IMG/VR virus record: IMGVR_UViG_3300037805_000894
Source of the DNA: a virus
Strand: one strand, 5' to 3'
Length of the DNA: 64,000 nt
In this document: positions 18,509 to 27,260 of the stretch, piece after piece
Position numbering within the stretch: position 1 is the stretch's first letter
Layout of the letters: each line of letters starts with the position of its first letter
Translations under genes and position numbers: made by a program
The notes under the pieces: model-generated
Told to the model about the DNA's origin: nothing
Databases searched by the model: none
What the model saw: only the letters and a program-made list of their open reading frames with translations

Positions 18509-19070
18509 GCTTGCCCCAAAGCGTCCTATAAATGAGACAAAGGACACTTTATTACTGTGCCTAAAAACTTTTTTCAGCACTCATGATGAGTATAAATGGT
18601 CAGCTAATGCTGCGGAATCAAAAATAGATATAAGTGATGCATTTCCTATAGATAAAGATAATACTGAGCAATATCCTTTAATTGTGTTGCAAAGATTTGA
18701 TTTTGGTTGGCGAAGTAGACATTTAAATCAAACAGCTTATAATAATTTACAGGATAAACATACTGGGTTAGATTTGTTAAATGGTTCTTTTGCCTGCCTT
18801 TGTACATCAACAGTGGGTTTGGAAGCCGAAAGAATAGCCGAGGATGTTTTTCTGTTCTTTACTAGATTTAGATCTATAATATCTAGCAAAGATTTGTTTG
18901 ACATTAAAGATCTTACCATTGGAACTGAGCAAGTAAGAAAAGCTAGTTCAGATACCGATATTGTTACTGTCCCTGTTCGCATTGCGGTAACAGCTGAAGA
19001 TAGTTGGGTTGTACAGGAGAAAGGTTTCTTGTTCGAAGACTTATCAATTCGCTTAAAAACAATAATTTAA
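18501..19070 (+). CDS. Tail terminator/completion protein
   Basis: 189 aa directly upstream of the sheath gene. YPLIVLQR and EAERIAEDV fit the tail-completion alpha/beta pattern. Confidence 0.6.
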   Translation: MSELAPKRPINETKDTLLLCLKTFFSTHDEYKWSANAAESKIDISDAFPIDKDNTEQYPLIVLQRFDFGWRSRHLNQTAYNNLQDKHTGLDLLNGSFACLCTSTVGLEAERIAEDVFLFFTRFRSIISSKDLFDIKDLTIGTEQVRKASSDTDIVTVPVRIAVTAEDSWVVQEKGFLFEDLSIRLKTII

Positions 19071-19082
19071 TATAATAATATC

Positions 19083-21443
19083 ATGGCCGGCAGATTAGAT
19101 AAACCAGGTGTAGATGTCTTTCAGATTCTTGAGAATCGGAAGCCAACTGCTTTTCGTCCCGTATTAGTTCCTGTAATAGTAGGGACTCATAAGAATATAC
19201 AATACAATCAACCTTTAGTATACCACTACGCGGGAAACGCTGAGGTAGGGACGATCCCTACAGGTAATTCAGCTATTGTACAGCAAACTTTTGAAAATTC
19301 GTCTGACATATCCGTCTTTATAGATACTGATAGAGGTTTGGTGAAGCTCACCGAAACAGATGATTATGCAGTAGAGTTGGATGGCGCGCTTGGGGTAGAG
19401 AACAAGGTAACTTTGCAAGCAAAACTCCTTTTAACTAAAAAGTTAATTGATGACAGAATTGCTTCCAGCATTACTTTAAATACCTTAAATGGAGTAAACT
19501 ATATTACGATCGAAGATGCGGGGGCTGCTTTCCCTTCATTGGGTGTGATGCCTGGTGATAAGGTGACTATTGATTTTTCGACCTCTTCCCTAAATGACTC
19601 AGCCGATTTCACAGTAGATTTAGTAGTCTCTGTTGTTGATAACCCTTCAGTAATAAAATGTACTTTTACAGACAACAACGCTCTCTGGACAGATGAAATT
19701 AACATAGCATATGATATAGACACCCCAGAGATGCGGGGTGAAGGGACACCGACAACGATCGATACTGGAGCGACCCTAGACGTAACAGTGAGTTACGTTA
19801 TATCGCAAAGTGCGCTGAAGATTGATACTGGCGCTACAACCCTTTTTGCCGAGGGCAGGGACTGGCTAGGAGCTACTTTAGTTTTTGATACTACCTCATA
19901 TTCAATTGAAAATCTTGTGACATACAGTATGGATGATACGATAGTAATTGGACAACGTGTTACAGATACTATAGCTTACGGCCTATTTGAAAACAAAGAA
20001 GCACCTTTTGCCTCTGAGTGGGTTGGAAATGATGTAGTTAGTTTATCTAGTTATACTTATGGCACGTATCAAGGTGTGGCGGGTCAAGTGTACACTTCAT
20101 ATAACGAAGCCACTGTTATAAACGATGTAAATAAAGTCGTTGAAATTAATGGTGTTCAAGATATTAAAGATAACTTTGGTACTTTAGAGCCTGAGAATCC
20201 TCTTGGCTACCATGCCCTTATGGGGGCTATTGCCACAGATAGAACCTTCTTTGCTGTAAGAGCTGCCTCAGATGATGTAGAAGGTTTTGAAGTCGCTCTG
20301 GATAGTTTAAAGCTGCAAGAAGATGCTTACTTTATTGTACCTGCTTCGCAAGATGATAACGTAATCTCCTTATGTCAAACACACGTAGATTTTATGAGTG
20401 ACCCTTATCAAAAAGGAGAACGTGTTGCCTTAGTGAGCAAAACTATCCCTGAGTATGATATCATAGAATCTCCTGTAACGAACGGGGCTATAACAGTACC
20501 AAACCCAGCAGATGCCACTACAACCGTCACTTACGGAGAGAATTTAGAGGACGCTCGTCCTGGACATATTTTAAGAGTGGAAGATAATCAAATACAGCTT
20601 CTAGACGGAACTTATATTGATAATTTAAAAAATAAGCTAGTTATCTTAGACGTAATAGGCGCTACTAGTCTTAAAGTAGCTGGCCAAATTGCAAAAATCG
20701 ACGGCGCAGCTGTTGATGGTAGTGAGGCTATGACTTGGGCTGTTACTACGCCAACGTATCAAAAAGGCGAGAAAGCTAGAATAGCAGCTGAAAAAGCAGC
20801 TTCTTTCGACAATAAGCGAGTTGTTAATATCTACCCCGATATAGTAGAGGCTTCAGTTACGCGTACTGTACAAGAAGCTCCTCACTATGCCGCAGTGGAA
20901 GAATCAGGGTTGGAAGATGTAAACGCTTCTGTAGCTGCCTTCTGTGTAGCTTGTCACGCCTCAGCTCTTCAACCTGTACAACCACAAACAAATATCACGG
21001 TTCCAGGTATAGCAAGCGCAGTGGGAAGTAACGATGAATTATCAGCTGATAATCTCGATGTTATAAGTGGCGGTGGCAATTGGATTTTGATGAACAAGGC
21101 GGGCAGCGTTAGCACTCGGCATCAATTAACTACGGCAGTTAGCGATGTGACTTTGAGGGAATTTTCTGTTGTGAAATCTATTGATTATGCAGCAAAAGTT
21201 TTCCGTAATTATCTAAACCCTCTAGTAGGTAAATCGATCATTACTGATTCCTTTATCAAGAAAGTTGTCTGGCCTACCGCTAGTGCTGCTTTACATGCGC
21301 TTACAGATGGCGGACAATTATCTGCAAAATCCTCCGTGATGAGTATTTATCAAAATGAGGACGATCCAACAAGAATTACGCTAGAGATAGATGTGGTTCC
21401 TCTCTATCCAGCTAACTATTTCTCAGTGAAGCTGTTCATCTAA
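19083..21443 (+). CDS. Contractile tail sheath protein
   Basis: N-terminal PGVDVFQ...PVIVG and C-terminal RHQLTT...REFSVVKSIDY...PLYPANYFSVKLFI are sheath hallmarks. Followed by the tube gene. Confidence 0.9.
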   Translation: MAGRLDKPGVDVFQILENRKPTAFRPVLVPVIVGTHKNIQYNQPLVYHYAGNAEVGTIPTGNSAIVQQTFENSSDISVFIDTDRGLVKLTETDDYAVELDGALGVENKVTLQAKLLLTKKLIDDRIASSITLNTLNGVNYITIEDAGAAFPSLGVMPGDKVTIDFSTSSLNDSADFTVDLVVSVVDNPSVIKCTFTDNNALWTDEINIAYDIDTPEMRGEGTPTTIDTGATLDVTVSYVISQSALKIDTGATTLFAEGRDWLGATLVFDTTSYSIENLVTYSMDDTIVIGQRVTDTIAYGLFENKEAPFASEWVGNDVVSLSSYTYGTYQGVAGQVYTSYNEATVINDVNKVVEINGVQDIKDNFGTLEPENPLGYHALMGAIATDRTFFAVRAASDDVEGFEVALDSLKLQEDAYFIVPASQDDNVISLCQTHVDFMSDPYQKGERVALVSKTIPEYDIIESPVTNGAITVPNPADATTTVTYGENLEDARPGHILRVEDNQIQLLDGTYIDNLKNKLVILDVIGATSLKVAGQIAKIDGAAVDGSEAMTWAVTTPTYQKGEKARIAAEKAASFDNKRVVNIYPDIVEASVTRTVQEAPHYAAVEESGLEDVNASVAAFCVACHASALQPVQPQTNITVPGIASAVGSNDELSADNLDVISGGGNWILMNKAGSVSTRHQLTTAVSDVTLREFSVVKSIDYAAKVFRNYLNPLVGKSIITDSFIKKVVWPTASAALHALTDGGQLSAKSSVMSIYQNEDDPTRITLEIDVVPLYPANYFSVKLFI

Positions 21444-21453
21444 GGAAAAATTT

Positions 21454-22209
21454 ATGACAACATTCGATTTCGAAAACAATCAAGTTCAAAAAGAACTCAC
21501 AGGCGCTAGCTTTATAAAAAGTGAAAGTACTCTCATAGCTGCAGGCCCCCCTTTCTTGGACGATTTTGGTGCATACAATGTGGCATCTGGTTTAGCTGGC
21601 ACTTCTGATTCAGGGCTTGAAACCACAGATTATGACCCAAAGAAGTTTGGTTCTGCAAGCATAAGTGGCATACCTGTTTTTCCTATGGGTGTAATTGAGA
21701 ATGCTAATATATCCCAAACAAAATCTTTAAGACGCTTTGCCGAGATAGGAAGTAAGCGTTTTCATTTTATTACTGGGCATACAATGTCTCAAATGAGTAT
21801 TGCTCGTGTTCTTTTCCACGGCCCCTCTTTGCTGAGAGTCTTATACGCTTATATGGGATCTAAAGCTTTTGAAGGCATTGGCGGAGGCACGATTACAGAA
21901 CTCTTGAGTGGCGCAGATAAATTTGGGCAGAATGATATAGAGATTCTTTCCTCTCCAGGCTATAAAGATTTTTTTATTAACCTTGACTCTAGCCTATTCG
22001 ATATTCCATTTGGTTTAATGTTCTATATGGAAGATTCAAAGAAAACCCCTTATGGCGCTTTCTATTGCACTGAGTGTTACATTAATGCACACCAGTTTAA
22101 TATTGGCGCTTCTTCAGATGTTATTGGAGAAGCAGTAACAATCCAGTTTGACAGAGCTCTTCCAATAGGGATTGGAGACACTGGGCAAACGACAAATCCA
22201 CAAGGTTAA
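21454..22209 (+). CDS. Tail tube protein
   Basis: Immediately after the sheath gene. PMGVIENANISQTK...FAEIGS tube-like motif, AAGGA RBS. Confidence 0.8.
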   Translation: MTTFDFENNQVQKELTGASFIKSESTLIAAGPPFLDDFGAYNVASGLAGTSDSGLETTDYDPKKFGSASISGIPVFPMGVIENANISQTKSLRRFAEIGSKRFHFITGHTMSQMSIARVLFHGPSLLRVLYAYMGSKAFEGIGGGTITELLSGADKFGQNDIEILSSPGYKDFFINLDSSLFDIPFGLMFYMEDSKKTPYGAFYCTECYINAHQFNIGASSDVIGEAVTIQFDRALPIGIGDTGQTTNPQG

Positions 22210-22223
22210 ATTTTACTTATAAT

Positions 22224-22679
22224 TTAAAGTCGAGCAATTTTAAGTTGTTCGACTTTATCTTTTTTCATTTTATTTATAGCTATAAGCTCTGCTTGATTAA
22301 TAGTTGCCTCCATCCTTACCTGTAACCCTGTGACAATAAAATTAGCAAAGCGGTGAGGTTGTGTATTACTGGATAAAGAAAGTACGAATATAACATGCCC
22401 AGGAAACCATTTATCCAAATAATAGCTTTTTGCATCTTTTTCTATTAAGCTTTTAGTGTATGCTTCAGTGTCTATGATAAAATCAAAAAGAGGTTCTCTA
22501 GCTGGGGTAGCTCTTTTTAATCTTATACACAAAGACATGAATTCACCATAGTCGCAATAATTACAAAAAAAGTCATCCGTTTCAATTGATGACGTGTATA
22601 TATTAGGTGTAATATTTAAGTCCGGCTCTATACCCAGATCTAGTAAGTTAAACCCCGATGGGATCTCGTTCTCGTTCAT
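22224..22679 (-). CDS. Hypothetical protein, last gene of the Ubl/replication operon
   Basis: Overlaps the E1 3' end. Start placed at MNENE (22679) to reduce the overlap; has a CNYC motif. Confidence 0.45.
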   Translation of the reverse strand: MNENEIPSGFNLLDLGIEPDLNITPNIYTSSIETDDFFCNYCDYGEFMSLCIRLKRATPAREPLFDFIIDTEAYTKSLIEKDAKSYYLDKWFPGHVIFVLSLSSNTQPHRFANFIVTGLQVRMEATINQAELIAINKMKKDKVEQLKIARL

Positions 22680-23361
22680 ATGATGCATTAGCGCTTTGAC
22701 CAGTTTCAACCTGGAGCATAAAGTTCTGTGCATCTAGTACAACATTGAAAGGGTTCACGTTACCTACCAAGACATTTCGAACAGAGCTACAGACTAAACC
22801 AGCTGTGAGCAATATTGTATACGAAATAGCCTGTGCGGCACAAGAAGTTTTATGAGGTTTTACCTCTAAACTCTCTGCGTAAGAAGCTAAGCGGAAATCA
22901 CTTGTGACATCTACGTTGTACAGAGAGATCACATTACCGCCCATACGCGCATCAATGAGGTAACCAGCATTCACCATGAAACCGGACGTGAAGAGCTCCT
23001 TACGAGCTGCTAACGAGTCTGTAGCGAATATCACAAGACTATTCTTAGGTAAGATAGTTTGTGGAGTGGCTTTCTCTTTATTGATACTAATCTCAATCCC
23101 TTCAGGACTGAATTGCTTAGCTATGCGATAAGCCGCTTCGACTTTACTTTCACCAATATCTGTATTCATGTAGAATTGGTTAGGTATATTATGAGGCTCT
23201 ACATAGTCGTGATCAAACACTGTAATATCTGAAATGCCCATTTTTGCGAGGCCCATTAGTACGCCAGAGCCAATCCCTCCTACCCCTATAAGAACGACTG
23301 GTGTGTCCTTATAGAGAAAGGGGTTGAATAAGGCAGCTTGTCTTTTAAAGTCTCCTCTCAT
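22648..23361 (-). CDS. E1-like (ThiF/MoeB family) Ubl-activating enzyme
   Basis: N-terminal RQ arginine finger, VVLIGVGGIGS nucleotide loop, DHDYVEPHNIPNQ, SKVEA, ATDS, IDARMG, and candidate catalytic Cys174 (KTSCAAQ). Confidence 0.9.
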   Translation of the reverse strand: MRGDFKRQAALFNPFLYKDTPVVLIGVGGIGSGVLMGLAKMGISDITVFDHDYVEPHNIPNQFYMNTDIGESKVEAAYRIAKQFSPEGIEISINKEKATPQTILPKNSLVIFATDSLAARKELFTSGFMVNAGYLIDARMGGNVISLYNVDVTSDFRLASYAESLEVKPHKTSCAAQAISYTILLTAGLVCSSVRNVLVGNVNPFNVVLDAQNFMLQVETGQSANASYERERDPIGV

Positions 23362-24443
23362 GGTTTTACGCAGTATGTACTGCCAGCGTTAAGGTTGTAG
23401 CGATTCTTCATTAAGTTTAATATGTTTACAGCTGTGTCACTTTTCAACACCTTTGCTGGATCATGGGAGTTTACAGCAGCCGTAGAGCCGAACATCTTTA
23501 CTACACTAACAAGTTCCCAGATAATGGTAGGCTTAAGTTTTTCAAGAGTTGATACCTTAAGAAGTGCAGTAAACAAGTTCATAAGCTCTTTATGCCTATC
23601 TTTTAGTTCATTATTTTCATAATTTAGTGCGAAGATTAGAAATGCTATGTCTTTAATAGCTTTAGGTTTGCTATGCGCTGTCAGAAGTATCCGACACATA
23701 TCTTTCAATTCTGGATGAGCTTTTATTACAAGGTTGGGCAGTCCATAAGCCTTTACAGTGCCTATTGCTCCCTTAGTAGACGTGCTTCCATAATAAGAAC
23801 CTTGGCCTCCATAATAAGAAGAACCTACCCCTCCAAAATAGGGAGTCCCAGTTTTTTGATATGAAACCTTCTTTGTTTGCACTTTCTCATCAACATCTTT
23901 TTGAAGGTCCTCGAAAGACGCTTTGTAGTCTATCTTAACTACAACATTATCAATTGTCATCCTATAGGGCTTAAAGAAATCTACCCTACCTAAAATATCA
24001 TTTCCTCGATTAAGCACTAAACTCACTAAGTAATGACTATTAGCTAATCCATTAATACCACCCTCATCCGTGGAAGACCAGAAGGTTTTCATAGTATGGT
24101 GTGAGTGGCAGAAAGCCCTCATCTTAGGCATGATATCCATTAAGGCTTCTTCCTTCCCATGCTTTTCAATAAGCTCTGGCAATAAATTAGAAACCATTTC
24201 TGCATCAGCCTCGACTGATGAGGCGGTCACTTCTTGCTCCGGAACGTATATTTCCGTGATATTGAAGACATTACCTGTCTTCTCTACTGTGCCAAACCAC
24301 GCCACCTCAGCGTCTACGTTATCAACAAGGAACCGCATGCGTTGGTATACATATGCACTTAATACAATGGAGAGTTCAGCTCCTTTTCCAGAGAACCTCA
24401 TTGAGGTCTCTTTCTCCGCTTCTTTTGTTAGTTCTTTTGTCAT
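23358..24443 (-). CDS. JAB/JAMM (MPN+) metallopeptidase with C-terminal extension
   Basis: E46 plus H113-S-H115-x7-S123-x2-D126 (CHSHHTMKTFWSSTD), an exact JAMM motif. Confidence 0.9.
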   Translation of the reverse strand: MTKELTKEAEKETSMRFSGKGAELSIVLSAYVYQRMRFLVDNVDAEVAWFGTVEKTGNVFNITEIYVPEQEVTASSVEADAEMVSNLLPELIEKHGKEEALMDIMPKMRAFCHSHHTMKTFWSSTDEGGINGLANSHYLVSLVLNRGNDILGRVDFFKPYRMTIDNVVVKIDYKASFEDLQKDVDEKVQTKKVSYQKTGTPYFGGVGSSYYGGQGSYYGSTSTKGAIGTVKAYGLPNLVIKAHPELKDMCRILLTAHSKPKAIKDIAFLIFALNYENNELKDRHKELMNLFTALLKVSTLEKLKPTIIWELVSVVKMFGSTAAVNSHDPAKVLKSDTAVNILNLMKNRYNLNAGSTYCVKP

Positions 24444-24454
24444 TTTGTTCCTGT

Positions 24455-24491
24455 AAAAAGAAAGAGAGAGATATATTAATATCTCTCTCTT
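24455..24491 (-). terminator. Terminator-like hairpin between the Ubl and JAB genes
   Basis: 13-bp perfect stem AAGAGAGAGATAT/ATATCTCTCTCTT (24462-24491) followed on the - strand by TCTTTTT. Confidence 0.65.
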
Positions 24492-24503
24492 ACATTAAAT
24501 GGA

Positions 24504-24713
24504 TTATAGGCCAGCTTCTACGTTAGGAATAAGCTGAACCTGATCCCCAGGCTGCATCACATAGTCGTTATCTACACGACTATTGTTTACCTTTACGGTA
24601 ACGCTCTTACTTACATTCCGAGTGCTAATTAAAGCACCTAGAGTTAATTGCTCTTGAAAGGGGACAGTATCAGTGCCCTCTCCCATTTCAACTACGAAAA
24701 TTGGGTCAGTCAT
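24504..24713 (-). CDS. Ubiquitin-like (ThiS/MoaD beta-grasp) modifier, C-terminus ...VEAG-L
   Basis: 69 aa. VKVNN...DYVMQPGDQVQLIPNVEAGL matches the ThiS/MoaD/Urm1 C-terminal pattern. Flanked by E2, JAB and E1 genes. Confidence 0.88.
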   Translation of the reverse strand: MTDPIFVVEMGEGTDTVPFQEQLTLGALISTRNVSKSVTVKVNNSRVDNDYVMQPGDQVQLIPNVEAGL

Positions 24714-24717
24714 TTTT

Positions 24718-26403
24718 TTATGGGTTTTCCCCTAGAATCGGGGTGGTTACTAGTAGATCTACCAGAGTTCTAGTTTCAGGGAGAATTTCTTTTTCATCTT
24801 CAACCTCTTCTGGTTCTACTATCTTATACCCTAGATCGGCGCAAGTTTTAGCTAAGTCTATAGCTATTTTTTCCTCGCCACTTACTAGTAAGTCCTTATG
24901 TATTTTCTCCATATCAAGATTGCTTCCTCTTTCCAATAGACACTCCAAAAACGCTTTATTGGAAAGGCCTATTTTTGTATTTCCACTTATATATGCTATA
25001 AAATTCTTCTCGCTAATGTTTGTACTGAAGAGTAAAAGATTTGCAATATTTATAAAGACAGAAAAAGGGTTTATATTCTCTAGTAACATACCTACCAAAG
25101 CAGGCACAGAGTGGAAGTTGCCCCTTAAAATTTCTTTCTTAATTAAAGCTTCATACTCACCTAAACAGAGTATCCCGGTGGTTGCTACATGCGGATGCAA
25201 ATACATCTCGGAGTCAAAGCTATTTATGGTTACACTGCCTTTTTCAAGATAAGCAGCAATTACACTATCCTTATGGGAAGGCTGTGGGGACAAGCGTAAA
25301 GAGATTTGTAAGTCTTCTGCGTCGCTCGCCTGCAAGCGGACATGCAAGAGAAAATCTCCTACAAGAATACCATTATCATATGTCACCGTATTGTTAGAGT
25401 AAATATGTATATCCGGCATACTGAAAAGTAATGTAATTGACATATTTCCAGTTTTTACTGTGTTAATAAAATCAAGTAATTCTTGCTTAGGCCCATTAAA
25501 CCCACATGCTAGAGTAGGAGCAGTAATAGTGACCGGTGAATAGAGACAGTGCTTAGAAGTAGTGGGAGTATTAATAACCCCTATTTGGTTACGTCTGATT
25601 ATAATATCCTCTAAAGGATATTGTAGGGTATTAAGTCTCTCTACCTTAGCGCGAGTACTTAAGCGCTCAAGTAACCTCTCCATCAGAGAAGAGGAGTTAT
25701 CAGAAAGAAGCTTAAGCATATGAGGGAGAGTATAGTGAGTAGGCGCTGGCTGCATAGTAGAGACGTTTTCCATTATGTCTTCTATTTTAGCAGAGAAATC
25801 GCCTCCTTTCCTACACGCATCTTGAAGATGTTTCTCTAACGGTACATCTTCTAGACTCGCAATTTCGTCTTCTTCTATCTTGAAATAGAATTTATCCCCC
25901 ACTCGATGCAAGAAGTCTAGAATATTAAATGCATGTCCCTCACGCGCTCCAAACTGGAAGGAGGGCTGAAATCGAAAGGAGGCGCCGCTTGGACTTATCT
26001 TATATATAATACGAAGTAAGCTACAATTTCTTCGTATATAGTATGAGTAAGGATTTATTATTAAGTAATTATGTCCCTGTAGAGAGTTTATTGACGCTTG
26101 CTGACACCATGCTGTAAAAGCTGAATGAGAAAAATGGAAGGAGTCGCCTTCTATCAGCTCTGTTTTATTTATGTGGCTCAAATAAAAAGGTCTGTCTTTA
26201 TTCTCTAAGCTAACTGACACAGGTGTGTCAATATTCCTAGCAAGGCTTATGCGCTTAGTGGTAAGTTGTCCTGCTCTAGACATAAACTCAATACCTGCAG
26301 CTCTAGAGAGTAAGGTAGTAAGAGCATTTAAGTCTACGTTGTGCTTATCTATAAAGAGCCTGCTTTTATCGAGGAGCTCACTGGAAGGTTTTTTTCTCAT
26401 CAT
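24718..26403 (-). CDS. Protein with C-terminal prokaryotic E2 (UBC-like) domain and long N-terminal extension
   Basis: H403-PHVATTGIL-C413-LG has the same spacing as the canonical E2 HPNIxxxGxICL motif, followed by a helix and LLENINPFS. Adjacent to the Ubl gene. Confidence 0.75.
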   Translation of the reverse strand: MMRKKPSSELLDKSRLFIDKHNVDLNALTTLLSRAAGIEFMSRAGQLTTKRISLARNIDTPVSVSLENKDRPFYLSHINKTELIEGDSFHFSHSAFTAWCQQASINSLQGHNYLIINPYSYYIRRNCSLLRIIYKISPSGASFRFQPSFQFGAREGHAFNILDFLHRVGDKFYFKIEEDEIASLEDVPLEKHLQDACRKGGDFSAKIEDIMENVSTMQPAPTHYTLPHMLKLLSDNSSSLMERLLERLSTRAKVERLNTLQYPLEDIIIRRNQIGVINTPTTSKHCLYSPVTITAPTLACGFNGPKQELLDFINTVKTGNMSITLLFSMPDIHIYSNNTVTYDNGILVGDFLLHVRLQASDAEDLQISLRLSPQPSHKDSVIAAYLEKGSVTINSFDSEMYLHPHVATTGILCLGEYEALIKKEILRGNFHSVPALVGMLLENINPFSVFINIANLLLFSTNISEKNFIAYISGNTKIGLSNKAFLECLLERGSNLDMEKIHKDLLVSGEEKIAIDLAKTCADLGYKIVEPEEVEDEKEILPETRTLVDLLVTTPILGENP

Positions 26404-27260
26404 TTTAATTTCATTCCTAATTCTAGTTCACACTGAGTAACGTATTGACAACTATTACCACATTGCCATGTGTTAAAGTTATGGTTAAACAGTGAAGGGT
26501 CTTTTATGGCCATTGTTAAGTATTTAACAGCCCAGTCTAATTTACGAGCCATGAATTTATGCTGATCATCAGTGATGAAATCAGTAAACTGAGCTATCTC
26601 TGGGTCATCTCTTTTTTTCAAGAGACATACATCATATCGTGTTTCTCGGATTTCTTGTCCTTGCAGACTCATCATGTAAGAATAAACTACAAGTTGCCAA
26701 AGTTTCTCTGTACCACTCCAACGCCTCCATGTAGTTTTATTATCTACAATAACTTGACTGCCGTCTTTATTTTCCAGTAGGTCAATGTAACCTTTAAACT
26801 TAAGCCCAGGTGTAAACTCATGATATATTTCAATCTGGGTTCCTTCTGGTTCGACTTTAGTTAATATTTTATCTCTGAATATTTTTAAGCCTTTAGTGCA
26901 GGCAGTTAAGACCTTTCCTTGTTGCGCTTTAATGTCTTGCCCAGGAATCCAAGAGGCCTCATCCTTGCGATGTTCGAACTCTTCCTTTACATGATCTTGT
27001 AATACATCTAAAGGTTCATCTTTTCCAGTTGCTTTTTTCTGGTCATAATGGAAGTTAAGCGTTTCATCAAAAGCTGAACCTGTAATCATCTTCCAGTTGG
27101 GTGAAGACTTAATGCCTTTAATATAGCGATAGTAAAAAGCTTTGGGACACCTTTCTAATAAGCCAATAGAGGAATAAGAGAGATGCTCTATAGGAAAAGA
27201 AACGCCCTTCTCCGAAGAAAAGGGCGTCTCGTTATTAGCGGACTGATCGTTAAATTTCAT
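26400..27260 (-). CDS. PD-(D/E)XK exonuclease (Cas4/RecB/AddB-like, putative Fe-S cluster)
   Basis: HLSYSS...RCP, GYIDLL, IVDNKT, WQLVVY and C-terminal C-x3-C-x5-C. Confidence 0.85.
   Translation of the reverse strand: MKFNDQSANNETPFSSEKGVSFPIEHLSYSSIGLLERCPKAFYYRYIKGIKSSPNWKMITGSAFDETLNFHYDQKKATGKDEPLDVLQDHVKEEFEHRKDEASWIPGQDIKAQQGKVLTACTKGLKIFRDKILTKVEPEGTQIEIYHEFTPGLKFKGYIDLLENKDGSQVIVDNKTTWRRWSGTEKLWQLVVYSYMMSLQGQEIRETRYDVCLLKKRDDPEIAQFTDFITDDQHKFMARKLDWAVKYLTMAIKDPSLFNHNFNTWQCGNSCQYVTQCELELGMKLK

Noticed and set aside
23358-24443. KEAE near the JAB N-terminus as a head-protease site implying packaging
   Set aside because: A single occurrence in a K/E-rich stretch is expected by chance.
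22648-24713. ThiF + ThiS as a thiamine/molybdopterin/tRNA sulfur-relay module
   Set aside because: No ThiG, MoaE, cysteine synthase, rhodanese or PP-loop thiolase gene is present in the window, and an E2-like gene is adjacent. Protein conjugation fits better, though sulfur transfer is not excluded without assays.
26400-27260. Cas4 as part of a CRISPR-Cas locus
   Set aside because: No cas1/cas2 or repeat-spacer array. The gene sits beside SSB-like and primase genes, as expected for a phage recombination exonuclease.
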